Below are positions 1-9,307 of a stretch of 64,000 nt of DNA, piece by piece (the stretch's first letter is position 1; each line of letters starts with the position of its first letter). The stretch comes from a virus: positions 58,968-122,967 of IMG/VR virus record IMGVR_UViG_3300029822_000001, one strand, 5' to 3'. The notes beneath the pieces are model-generated. The model was not told the origin of the DNA. It saw only the letters and a program-made list of their open reading frames with translations, and made no database searches. A program made the translations under genes and the position numbers.

Positions 1-287
1 CCATTATTAGCTTCCCTTAATGCAGGGTCTGATACAAACTTATTATACAACTGTCCATGACGATGGTCAACATCCTGCTTAGCATTTTCTAACCGGTAAT
101 TAGCCCGCTCTGCCAATTCAGCTATCTGGTAGTAGTTAATAGCCTGTGTCTCAAAAGGAATATTGTTAGAATCAAACGATAGTAGTTCCTGAGGAGTAAT
201 CTCTCGATACTTACCCGTAATAGAACTGTATATATTAACAGAACGTAACCGTCCTAGAGAAGAAGTATCAATTGTGTAATCTGCCAT
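1..287 (-). CDS. hypothetical phage protein, 3'-truncated by window edge
   Basis: Not in ORF track; manual translation from ATG at 287 (MADYTIDTSSLGRLRSVNIY...) stays open to position 1; purine-rich RBS (AAAGGGGAAGAG) upstream. Confidence 0.7.
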   Translation of the reverse strand, partial: MADYTIDTSSLGRLRSVNIYSSITGKYREITPQELLSFDSNNIPFETQAINYYQIAELAERANYRLENAKQDVDHRHGQLYNKFVSDPALREANN

Positions 288-308
288 ATACTATCTCTTC
301 CCCTTTAT

Positions 309-842
309 CTATACAATTTCGATAGAAGCCTTTTCATCCTCTTGACGAGGATTAACACTAACTTTTACCTTAGTATCCACTTTGTTAATAAGGTACTTTC
401 CTAAAAATAAGCTACCGTTAACCATTGCATAATGAGGGGCACTATCAGAAGCACCTACATCCGCGGCAATGTCTGACAAGCGACTGTACTTACTGTGGCT
501 GCCATCATTAATATTTTCTACGTCATAATAGTATAAGTGCTTGTACACAGGTTTTTCAGGAGACTTGTAGTCTTCCTGCTGGTCTTCCTCTTCCTCTTGT
601 GACTGTACACTTACACCATGTAAGGGTCTATCTTTAATATCAATATGCTGAGTAGTCTTCTTGTTACTATCTTTAACCTCTTGAAGTAACCCAATTAAGG
701 TAGTTAAATGGTTGTCGATGTCTGACAACTTTTTCACCATCTCGTCACTATGCAGTTCTTCTTTATATGATGCTTGGTTTACTGCCCCTTGTACATCGCT
801 GATACTACTAACTAACTCTTTATGTTTGCTTGAACTATACAT
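309..842 (-). CDS. hypothetical protein; C-terminus weakly resembles a NUMOD1-type HTH DNA-binding domain
   Basis: ORF with AAAGGA RBS and own promoter; YSRLSDIAADVG helix pattern. Confidence 0.55.
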   Translation of the reverse strand: MYSSSKHKELVSSISDVQGAVNQASYKEELHSDEMVKKLSDIDNHLTTLIGLLQEVKDSNKKTTQHIDIKDRPLHGVSVQSQEEEEDQQEDYKSPEKPVYKHLYYYDVENINDGSHSKYSRLSDIAADVGASDSAPHYAMVNGSLFLGKYLINKVDTKVKVSVNPRQEDEKASIEIV

Positions 843-870
843 GATTATACACCTGTCCTTTCAATACAAG

Positions 871-901
871 TAGAGTACCACAAAAGTACTCTATTTGTCA
901 A
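871..901 (-). promoter_or_regulatory. sigma-A-like promoter overlapping an 8-bp inverted repeat
   Basis: TTGACA-18nt-TACTCT with TG extension; TAGAGTAC/GTACTCTA arms. Confidence 0.5.
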
Positions 902-902
902 G

Positions 903-1655
903 CTATTTAATTAAGAACTGATTTTTCTTAGATTCAAGCTTATCGTACATTGGTTTAACCTCTTCCTCAGTTTTTACTTTAAACTCAACTAGTTCATCTA
1001 ACTGTACCTTAAAGTACTTGTACATGCAATAAGCTTGAGGACTCTTGTACTTAGGTAACTCATCCATATCTAGGGCTACATCATCATTATAATTAATTCC
1101 AATTTCTAGTTCACCTCTTAAAGGAAATCTGAAAGTTGTATCGCTCATACTAAACTTATCGGGTACCTCTAAGTCATTCTTTGGAATATTGATAAGCTCT
1201 GGAATAGTTAACTGTTCCATAGCATAGTGCATCATCTTAGTAACCACTTTAATTTCTTCTGGGGCACAATCTACAACGATACTATCATGTACCGTTAAAG
1301 CAACTTTAGAACGTAAATGGTACTTACGGAATAAATTAACTAGTACAATTAAAGCATTATTTGTACAATAAGCACCCGAGCCTTGTACAATAGCATTAAC
1401 TGACTGCTTTAAAGCACGAGATACCCGCTTACTATCCTTACTTTTAACAGTATCTAACCTTCTATAGTTACCAGCAATAGTCTCCACATGATGTGTATGC
1501 ATTACTTGGTCATGTATCATTTCAATGTAGTGCTTAATACCTGGCTTAGAATCCAGTACCTTCTTTTGAATATCCTTGGCATCGTCCAAAGTCATATCAG
1601 GCATAATTGGTCTAAGCTTTTCGTACAATCCATATTCTGTTTGGCCGTAAATTGC
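903..1655 (-). CDS. polA: DNA polymerase family A, exon 2 (end of motif B, motif C)
   Basis: Frame open from 1655: AIYGQTEYGLYEK...; NAIVQGSGA and motif C TVHDSI. Confidence 0.9.
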   Translation of the reverse strand, partial: AIYGQTEYGLYEKLRPIMPDMTLDDAKDIQKKVLDSKPGIKHYIEMIHDQVMHTHHVETIAGNYRRLDTVKSKDSKRVSRALKQSVNAIVQGSGAYCTNNALIVLVNLFRKYHLRSKVALTVHDSIVVDCAPEEIKVVTKMMHYAMEQLTIPELINIPKNDLEVPDKFSMSDTTFRFPLRGELEIGINYNDDVALDMDELPKYKSPQAYCMYKYFKVQLDELVEFKVKTEEEVKPMYDKLESKKNQFLIK

Positions 1656-2009
1656 TATTACCTACCCTCGGTTTCCCGATATTTATTAGGGGATTAGACT
1701 AAATCATCTTCTCATACTGCTGAGAAGTCTCTGCATTTCTTCCTCATCACTGAGGCTTTACTCTACTAGTTTCTTCCACAAGTCTTGACAACTTGTATCT
1801 ACGTTCGATAGTCGTTGGGCATTTATCAGTAAATTATAACATTATACTGAATTTAGCAACGGATTACCGCTAGCCCTATCCAGGGCCGTAGGCTTTCTTA
1901 CTGGCTTTCTCGTCCTAGAAGTCCTAGGTTGGTTATTTTTACCTTACTTTAGCCATACCGTTTTAACAGAGATTCAATTGCATGTCACCATGCAAAGGGG
2001 CACAATTTT
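1656..2009 (-). ncRNA. group I self-splicing intron (IA2-like, no homing endonuclease ORF), ~354 nt
   Basis: Interrupts motif B (KAVIFG|AIYG); P1 GGU/GCC with U.G pair; P2 UUGCAUG-GUGA-CAUGCAA; P3 UCUCUG/CAGAGA; UGCUAAAU element; P7 GACUA/UAGUC; layout resembles T4 td intron. Confidence 0.9.
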
Positions 2010-4214
2010 ACCAAAAATAACGGCCTTACTTGCTTTACGTTGTTCTGAAGTTACTTCCTCCAGACTAATATCATACGCTTTAGTAGCAGTATCCTTATGA
2101 ACATCAACATTGTTTAACAAAGCTTGTACCAAACTAGTATCTTTTGGATAGTACAGGTAGGCAAGCAAAGCAACAATGTAAACTTCCAAGGATTTGTAGT
2201 CAATGTTAATCATGACCCCGCCCTTAAAGCGAGATTTGAACATACTCTTTACCCCATATTTGTATCTAAAGGAATGAGGGTCAGCAATTCTTCTCGGGAG
2301 TTGTTGAAAATTTGGGTCGCTGCTATTTAATCGACCGGTTACAGTTCCGGTTGGAGAAAACTTACAATGAATAAGTCCCTTGCTATCTTGTTTCTTAGGC
2401 AATGGTTCCAAGAAAGAACTTACTGCCTTGTCCAAAGCAGAGTAATTAAGTAATTCCTTAGCAATAGGTTCATCATACTTCTCTATCAAATAAGGTAATG
2501 CAGCTTTAGCATCACATTTATAATCCGTGTACTTAAGTTTCTCCTCTGGTACCTTATTTTTCCAGGCAGTATCTGTTATATAATCCTTTTCGTAAGGTAA
2601 CTGATACCCCATCATTTCGTACAAAATGTACTTATTCATATTACCTGAACTAGGAGAGTAGTAGTACTTAGGCATCCCAGTTTTTTCGTTAGTACCAGTG
2701 TACTTAGTGTACTCTTTGAACTTCTTTTGTTGCTCTGCTGTTCGGTCAGCCTTCTTAATGGCTTTAATAGCTTGACGTTCCTTAACCTTAGCTAATCGTT
2801 CCTCTTCAAATTGCTTAATATCTGGTATTTTTCTAAGAGCCTCCGATGCTTTATCTAGTTCTCCCTGATAAATGGGTAGTAGCTCTGAAGCACGCTTCAT
2901 ATCAATGTGCAACCCATTATGTTCAACTTGAGCTAGAGCATCAATCAGCTTAGGGTAAAAGTCATAAATAAGATGTTTCCACTTAGGGTTTTCATCAATA
3001 ACCTTACGTTCCCTATTAAATATCCGAAGAGTACAGTCTGTATCCGCCGCAGCATAGGGATAAATGATGTCAATAGGTATCCACTCATAGTTAAAATCGC
3101 CACCATCTACGGTATTAACCGGAGGTACATATGAAGATAAACTAGGCTTTTTACCTGTCTTCTCTTCCTGTTCCTTAAGCCAATTGTCCTTATACCTCTC
3201 TAGGTACTTAACTTTGTATTTATTTAAAGGTTCTTCATACCCACCCATATCTGTAAACTGATAGGATAACACCTTAAGTCCCTTACTAGCGTATTCATTT
3301 TCGTTAAAACCAATGTAGTACATAATAAGAGTATCCACAATATTAGTTGCTTTAGTTAACCCCAAGCAAGACATCATTAGTCGAATATCATACTTACCAT
3401 TGTGAAAAATCTTAATATGGTCTGACTCAACAAATTGGCATATTTTACTATAGATATCCTTAAGCTGCTCAGAAGTCCACCCAGGATTAAATCCATCATG
3501 GTCTAAGGGAATAGCTACCCCTTGACGTTCTTTCCATGATAAAGAAACAAAGATAGGCTTAGAACCCTCTAATTCCGGTACCAAGGTATTACTTTCAAAG
3601 TCCATTGCAATGTACTTGTACTTAGGTAAGATGTCATCAAAAATATGACATACCTCGGCATAATCCGTAACCATCTTATAGGTACCCGTCTTAGGAATAA
3701 AAGCTTTTTCCCCTTGGGTAACAAACTGCTTAGCCAGTTGAATATCAGACTTAAACAGCCCCTCAAGTGCTGGGTCTACCATAATAGAGTCTGTTCCGTA
3801 TAAGGCCAGCATCCAGTAAGAGCTACCCTTAACATCTACCTTCTGTGGGATACCCCGAGCACTCCGTACTTTACTCTTACCTGTCAAAGCTTCCAAGGAT
3901 TGGCTACCAAAAGATAAAATCAAATCAGGGGAACACTCATTTATTTTATCTAGTAACTTATCAGTATATGGCTTAGACTCTTTCTTAGGTATCTTCTTAT
4001 ATGCCCCAGATGGCTGTTTTTCAGGGATACTACTGTAAGCAAAAGATAGGGTATAGTTACTCATCTCTAACCCTAGTCCTGCTCTAGGAGCCGTTAGAGC
4101 CTTTTTAAGGTACTTACCAGGAGCACTGTTCCAGTAGTCCATATAGTACTTACCAGACTCATCTTGTTTAAAGTACTTTTCTCGCCAAAAATCAAGAACC
4201 ACAAATATTTTCAT
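2010..4214 (-). CDS. polA: DNA polymerase family A, exon 1 (N-terminal UDG-like domain, 3'-5' exonuclease, polymerase)
   Basis: Exo I MDFES, Exo II FHNGKYD, Exo III YAAAD, TVTGRLNSSDPNFQQLP, motif A DYKSLE, motif B RKASKAVIFG; ATG 4214 has AAAGGGG RBS. Confidence 0.92.
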
Positions 4215-4259
4215 TATCTTAGCCCCTTTCTTTTTACATTGTACCACATCCATATAAAA

Positions 4260-4285
4260 TAAAAAAGGCTTAATTAAAGCCTTTT
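4260..4285 (-). terminator. intrinsic terminator
   Basis: AAAAGGCTT/AAGCCTTTT hairpin followed by T-run on minus strand. Confidence 0.6.
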
Positions 4286-4292
4286 ATATATA

Positions 4293-4874
4293 CTAGTCTA
4301 AATATTCAGTTTCTTGGTCTTCTGGACGTACCTCATCGCTACTATCCTCATCACTAATAAGGCCATCTTCTTTAGGTCCTTGGGATTCCAACTGCCTACG
4401 ATATGAGATGTCCGAACTAATTTGGTCAGTAACCTTTGCAATATTGGCATCAATGTCATTACTAACATGATTAGGGTACCCTGCTTGTTCAGCAGTCAAT
4501 ACAATATTATTGTACCTGTAGAAGTCCTTTGGTACATCAACAAATAGCTTACCAGTACCAATAAATTCACCAAACTCTAGCAAACTAATGGGACTCTTAG
4601 TGTCTCCCTGGATATGCATGAAAATGTAATCACAGCTGGCTAAACGTTCTTGTTCCCACTTAATCTGTTCCTCTTCCATATCTGGAGTAAAGTCTTCCGT
4701 TCTACGTGGATTGTAGAAGGCAATTGGCTGGTTAGTACGACGAGCAATTTGAGAAGCTACAGCATCTTGCCAAGGCTTAGCTTTTCCCATCTCAATAGAC
4801 CCTGCCAGGAAAATAGAAATCTCATCTGGATTAGGGAAAAGGTCACTTGGTGCTTGAATAACATGGTATATCAT
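4293..4874 (-). CDS. nucleoside 2-deoxyribosyltransferase-like protein
   Basis: IFLAGSI...WQ, YNPRR, QIKWE, SPISLLEFG motifs. Confidence 0.75.
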   Translation of the reverse strand: MIYHVIQAPSDLFPNPDEISIFLAGSIEMGKAKPWQDAVASQIARRTNQPIAFYNPRRTEDFTPDMEEEQIKWEQERLASCDYIFMHIQGDTKSPISLLEFGEFIGTGKLFVDVPKDFYRYNNIVLTAEQAGYPNHVSNDIDANIAKVTDQISSDISYRRQLESQGPKEDGLISDEDSSDEVRPEDQETEYLD

Positions 4875-4884
4875 GTATTATTAT

Positions 4885-5055
4885 CCTTTCTATGGCTTAA
4901 TCACGTGAACTACTCGGTCATGAAGGACCAAGCTTCTGGGAACACTGCTTACTTACACAGTAGTGTCTAGCACTCCATGCAGAGGTTACAGCTATTTACC
5001 ACGGCTCGTTCCGAACCTAGTTAGTCAATTATTTATTAGCTTGGTTTTCGCTAAC
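4885..5055 (-). ncRNA. predicted stand-alone TnpB omega-RNA; scaffold ends ...AGUUCAC, guide GUGAUUAAGCCAUAGAAAGG
   Basis: Homology to the two other right ends stops exactly at TTCAC; promoter directly upstream. Confidence 0.7.
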
Positions 5056-5151
5056 AACTATAGTATATCACATACTATTTATTTGTCAAGATTATACCTT
5101 ATCTCAATGCATCTCGTCACTAAAGTAACAAGCTTTCTCAATTGGCACTGA
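4905..5151 (-). mobile_element. non-autonomous IS200/IS605 mini-element: left-end hairpin, promoter and omega-RNA, no protein gene
   Basis: 4905-5028 aligns with the right ends at 38485 and 61686; hairpin CTCGTCACTAAAGTAACAAG at 5113-5132 nearly identical to that at 61694-61713. Confidence 0.85.
5062..5089 (-). promoter_or_regulatory. sigma-A promoter driving the orphan omega-RNA
   Basis: TTGACA-16nt-TATACT with TG extension. Confidence 0.7.
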
Positions 5152-5494
5152 TTATAACATATACATGTTTAGAGCCATCCTCAACCTGATAGATACGCTT
5201 TTCATGGTCTTCCATATAATCTTTCATATAAGCTAGACTATCAAATTTGATGTATTTATACAAACTTGGATGAATACCACCCTGGTAGTTATTTAACTTC
5301 CTTAGTTGTTCAGCTAAGTCCTGATAAGTGGAAAACACTAAGTATGAATTGTCCTTTACTGATACTTTAATTAAGTAAGCAATAAGATTAGCATAACTAT
5401 TTGAATCAATTCCTTGTGATTCAGAAAATACTTTCCAGTTAACCTTATCTGTTCTCTTTTGTGCATAGGCAATAAACTTATTGTTACTCATCAT
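5138..5494 (-). CDS. hypothetical protein
   Basis: ORF; ATG at 5494 preceded by GAGGA is preferred to TTG 5518, which lies inside the IS end. Confidence 0.65.
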   Translation of the reverse strand: MMSNNKFIAYAQKRTDKVNWKVFSESQGIDSNSYANLIAYLIKVSVKDNSYLVFSTYQDLAEQLRKLNNYQGGIHPSLYKYIKFDSLAYMKDYMEDHEKRIYQVEDGSKHVYVIISAN

Positions 5495-5507
5495 ATCTGC
5501 TATCCTC

Positions 5508-5676
5508 TTGCTTTCCAAATTGTGTAAAAACGTTACTAATAGTTAGATTTTAGTAACTACAATTTAGTCATCACCGTCAACATCAGTATTCTGACTTGGA
5601 AATTTATTCCTTACCACATTGACTGACTCTTGTGACCTTTCATCTGGGTGAAGCCCACCCAGTCATAGTTATAGCA
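5508..5676 (-). ncRNA. probable omega-RNA scaffold of the 5677-6846 TnpB
   Basis: Non-coding, several hairpins (CTGGGTG/CACCCAG, GTTACTAA/TTAGTAAC) directly 3' of tnpB. Confidence 0.55.
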
Positions 5677-6846
5677 TTACGCTACATAATTCTTAATATT
5701 TTCTACTGCGTTCTCATCTCGGTCTAAGATAGCCCCACAATTATAACAGTAATATTTTTGGTGATTGTGGTGAATACTATCTCCAGATAAGGTTTGCTTA
5801 CCTCCGTAACCATCTTTGGTCTTAAGATATCCACAAACACTACATATTTGAGTAGAAGGATATAGTCTGTCGACTAAGACCAGTTTACGATTATTCCATT
5901 CACACTTATAGGTTAAGATTTCCCTAAATTTACCAAATAGAGAACGGTGTAAATTCTTTCCCATTTTTTTACTCATCATCATTCCATGGACATTTAAGTC
6001 CTCAATATGAATTTCGGAATAGGTTGAGACAATCTGACAAGTAAATTGATTTAGAATATCCTTCTGTAAATTAGTAACTTTTTGGTAAACACGTCTAAGT
6101 TTGGTTTTCACTTTCATGTACCTTTTAGTTTTGAAATTACGAGGATTTTCTAATCGCTTTCGAGCCAACATTCGTTGGTAATGAGTAATTCTCTGATAGT
6201 ATCGTTCCAACTTTTTGGGGTAAATAGCTATTTGTTGACCATCATTATAATTAAAATGTCTAACATTAACATCTATCCCAACAATTTCACTGGTCTTAGG
6301 TACTATTTCGTTATGGGATGTATCAAACACTAAACTGGCATAGTAGCCGTCTGCCTTTTGAGTAATGGTACATAACTTCAATTTTCCCTCAAACCGAGGG
6401 GTTTCTCGCAGTTTAATCCCATACCAGACTGACTTACTAATCCCTTGAGGCTTGTCTAACGCTAACTTTCCACTGACAAGACGAGCTCTATCAGTAGAAA
6501 AGTTCGGTTTGTAGCTCTTTTTTGATTGAAACCTTGGTTTCCCCTGGTTAAGCATGTTTGGATTCCAAAAGCTCTTCCAAGCTTTCTCTAAACTACTTAC
6601 AGCTTGCTGAAGAACTCTAGGCGAGCGAGAATACTGCCAATCTTGCTTATTACTAACTAGTTCATTTCTAACTTTGCTGTTGTTGGGTCTTAAAGCTTTA
6701 TCACCTAAAATGCTTGATTCGTCATACATATCGTTCCAAGTAGCTAAGGCCTGATTCCAACAGTATCTTCGATAATTGAATAAGTCTTCAATTACCCTAG
6801 TCATATGAGCATTGGGCTCAATTTTAACTTGATGAGTTTTTATCAT
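5677..6846 (-). CDS. tnpB: RNA-guided endonuclease TnpB
   Basis: RuvC I GIDVN, II IEDL, III DRDENA; Zn finger CSVC...CYNC. Confidence 0.93.
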   Translation of the reverse strand: MIKTHQVKIEPNAHMTRVIEDLFNYRRYCWNQALATWNDMYDESSILGDKALRPNNSKVRNELVSNKQDWQYSRSPRVLQQAVSSLEKAWKSFWNPNMLNQGKPRFQSKKSYKPNFSTDRARLVSGKLALDKPQGISKSVWYGIKLRETPRFEGKLKLCTITQKADGYYASLVFDTSHNEIVPKTSEIVGIDVNVRHFNYNDGQQIAIYPKKLERYYQRITHYQRMLARKRLENPRNFKTKRYMKVKTKLRRVYQKVTNLQKDILNQFTCQIVSTYSEIHIEDLNVHGMMMSKKMGKNLHRSLFGKFREILTYKCEWNNRKLVLVDRLYPSTQICSVCGYLKTKDGYGGKQTLSGDSIHHNHQKYYCYNCGAILDRDENAVENIKNYVA

Positions 6847-6884
6847 CTTTATCTATGTTCACTTCCTTTATAGGTTATGAACAT

Positions 6885-6913
6885 AGTTTACCACTTTTGA
6901 GTATACGTGTCAA
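6885..6913 (-). promoter_or_regulatory. sigma-A promoter for tnpB
   Basis: TTGACA-17nt-TAAACT with TG extension; -35 overlaps the HU stop codon. Confidence 0.65.
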
Positions 6914-7221
6914 TGATTTGTATCCCTACTATTATCCTCCATATCCTTAATCAACTTAAGGGATTTGTACTTCACATGTACCCGTTTAGGTACCTTGACC
7001 ATTGTTTTAGTTTTAATACCATCATAATGGTACCCAGCACTTTTAGTTACTGGTTCCATTAGTACCAGTTTCATCAGCTTTACTCGATTACCAGATTCCA
7101 GCTCATCCATGATAACATCTTGTAAAGAACTAAGTACCTTATCAATATCTTTACAGTACATTTCTGGATTACGCTCCTGTACCTTATAAATTAACTCTGA
7201 CTTATTAACTGAACGTGACAT
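6910..7221 (-). CDS. HU/IHF-like DNA-binding protein
   Basis: NKSELI...L..G..V.L pattern, beta-arm with VPKR; position before polA as in Twort-like phages. Confidence 0.8.
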   Translation of the reverse strand: MSRSVNKSELIYKVQERNPEMYCKDIDKVLSSLQDVIMDELESGNRVKLMKLVLMEPVTKSAGYHYDGIKTKTMVKVPKRVHVKYKSLKLIKDMEDNSRDTNH

Positions 7222-7888
7222 ATGTTTCCACCTCCTTGTTGATTAGTTCCTTCTTATCTTCATCACATAGAAGTTTCAATTGCATGAGAATACGTGCCAT
7301 AAATTCATGTAGTTGTAAATAGTACCTGGATTGTACCTGTAATGTATCACTGTACTCTTCATCATGGTATTCTTTCTGTACCTTACTAGAAAAAGAAAGT
7401 ACAACCATATCTGTTAAGTATCGCAAAGGGTACAAAGCCTTAATTAAAGCCTCAGGACTGTCTTCCTTACTTGTGATAGGACAGTAAATAACAACTTTTA
7501 CTCCATTACAGTGATTGGCAGCATCAATATTTTCTATGTCTGAAATAGAGTACTCTTTTCTAACTAGGTAAACAACCTCTGCTCGTTTATTACCTTGAAG
7601 CTTGAGCAAAATGCCAATTGGCACAGTTGAGTTAGTATAATAGCTTACTCTGGCACTAGACTTAAAGATGCGACTATTCAAACTATCCATTTCAGAGCTG
7701 TCATGCCAAATAATAAAGTGATATTCTATCTGCTTTTCTGGCGGTAGCTTTAGTACCCGATTAACTTCTTTCTCATTAGTACGAGTAACCTTAACAACAC
7801 CTTTTTCAAAGTCTGTGTAGGACTCTAACTGATAGTTAGCCGAAGCATAACTATTATTTACATTTAAGTGCTTAATTCGTCTCATCAT
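7205..7888 (-). CDS. conserved phage hypothetical protein
   Basis: ORF overlapping both neighbours. Confidence 0.65.
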   Translation of the reverse strand: MMRRIKHLNVNNSYASANYQLESYTDFEKGVVKVTRTNEKEVNRVLKLPPEKQIEYHFIIWHDSSEMDSLNSRIFKSSARVSYYTNSTVPIGILLKLQGNKRAEVVYLVRKEYSISDIENIDAANHCNGVKVVIYCPITSKEDSPEALIKALYPLRYLTDMVVLSFSSKVQKEYHDEEYSDTLQVQSRYYLQLHEFMARILMQLKLLCDEDKKELINKEVETYVTFS

Positions 7889-8552
7889 TATTACCTTCTA
7901 AATTCGTCTCAATTATGTTACTTGTTTGTTCTGATACAGCATTCCACTCATCCTCTCCTTTACTTGCAGTACTCGTAACACGCTCCCACCAGTAAGCTCC
8001 CATCTCTCGTTGAATAGCACTATAGGTGCTAAAAACCTCTGTACAGTTTAAGCTGGTTAAGTCGTCCATAGTGGTTACTAACCAGTCTACGCCTGTAATT
8101 TGTTCTAAACGTTTATCTTGATAGGTATTATAAGTTCTAAAAGTCACCTTACTCTTAGTATACAAAGAATGGTACAATCTATTGCTATAAGGCAGCATAA
8201 CATAATCTGCTTCTCGATTAATGTGCATAATTAGTACTGGAATTGTATCCGCCCGATGAGCATCAGTAATAACCTGCTCCATAAATTGTTTTAGTTCCCC
8301 AGTACCCCAAACAATGTTTTTTAGAGTGATATCTCCATGATTTTTGCATTCATAATTAAACGGGTCAGGGTATCCAATAGGAGAGAATATATCTCCAATT
8401 AAACGAGCATCACTTCCATGTTCGCTACCAGCAGCACCGGAAGCCATAGTTCGACTATAGCTAACCCCAGTCCATTTAGTTAAGATTTTAGCAATAGTTC
8501 TCTCGTATCCAGAGCCTTTTACATGTCGATTATGACCATTAATTGCTGCCAT
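7872..8552 (-). CDS. Holliday junction resolvase (PD-(D/E)xK)
   Basis: KGSGYER...SGA...GDI...YECKN. Confidence 0.8.
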   Translation of the reverse strand: MAAINGHNRHVKGSGYERTIAKILTKWTGVSYSRTMASGAAGSEHGSDARLIGDIFSPIGYPDPFNYECKNHGDITLKNIVWGTGELKQFMEQVITDAHRADTIPVLIMHINREADYVMLPYSNRLYHSLYTKSKVTFRTYNTYQDKRLEQITGVDWLVTTMDDLTSLNCTEVFSTYSAIQREMGAYWWERVTSTASKGEDEWNAVSEQTSNIIETNLEGNNDETN

Positions 8553-9307
8553 TAGTGAATCATCCCTTGCGCGTTTAATGTCATGTAAATCTTGTTCAAC
8601 CGGTCTACATGTCGAATAACCTTAGCAAAATTAGTATCCAAAGGAAGTACCTTTTGAAGAGTACCACTAGCTACAGAAGGAATAGTTGATACATCATGTT
8701 TTACTTTTTTAACTACCTCTGGTGTAAACATCTTTTTAAACTCATCAAGTGTCAGTTGACCCTTTAGAGACAGGTATAATTCATCTACTTCAGCAAAGGA
8801 TAAAAGGGCACCTGGATTATGATACATAATAATGGCGAAGCTGCCGTCAGTTAAGTAAATATAAGATACTTTTACTGTACCTAAACCAATTAGTTCCGCT
8901 AATAGGTGGTCATAATTGATACTGTCAAGTACTAGCTTGTTACTATCATCTACATTAGCAATATTCTTAACAAAGGATACTACTTGCTGATAAAACAGGT
9001 CAGCGTTAGTGCTACCACTATGGTACATAACATAGGGTGCCACTGTACTTCCATCAGGAGTTATTAAGGATACACCTAAGGAATTAATAACAGCAGATAG
9101 ATTGGAATCCATAGCATCGGCAGTATCTTCAACAACAGTACCTAATGATAAGCTGCTTGAAAACTTTGCTAGGCTAACAGGATTAACACGGGAAGAAGCA
9201 ATAACACTAATAGTTTCCTTTAGACTATAAGGAGCTCCTTCCATAAAGTCTGTATATTTTTTCTTAGCTACCTTCAATTTATTCACTATCCTTTTTATCC
9301 ATACCAC
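8552..9307 (-). CDS. hypothetical protein
   Basis: 251-aa ORF coupled to neighbours. Confidence 0.65.
   Translation of the reverse strand: MVWIKRIVNKLKVAKKKYTDFMEGAPYSLKETISVIASSRVNPVSLAKFSSSLSLGTVVEDTADAMDSNLSAVINSLGVSLITPDGSTVAPYVMYHSGSTNADLFYQQVVSFVKNIANVDDSNKLVLDSINYDHLLAELIGLGTVKVSYIYLTDGSFAIIMYHNPGALLSFAEVDELYLSLKGQLTLDEFKKMFTPEVVKKVKHDVSTIPSVASGTLQKVLPLDTNFAKVIRHVDRLNKIYMTLNAQGMIH

Larger units (their letters stand above)
5508..6932 (-). mobile_element. tnpB-only element, probably IS607-derived; boundaries approximate
   Basis: tnpB plus ~170-nt structured 3' region; flanked by GAGGATA at 5501-5507 and 6933-6939. Confidence 0.6.

Noticed and set aside
60-132. tRNA-like 5' half on minus strand (ACCAGATAGCTGAATTGGCAGAGCG)
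   Set aside because: No TTCGA T-arm or acceptor pairing; it lies in-frame within the ORF starting at 287
1650-2003. Group II intron reading (GTGCC start, giving FGKIYG)
   Set aside because: Too short, no domain V, and clear group I core elements (P1, P3, P7, P10) are present
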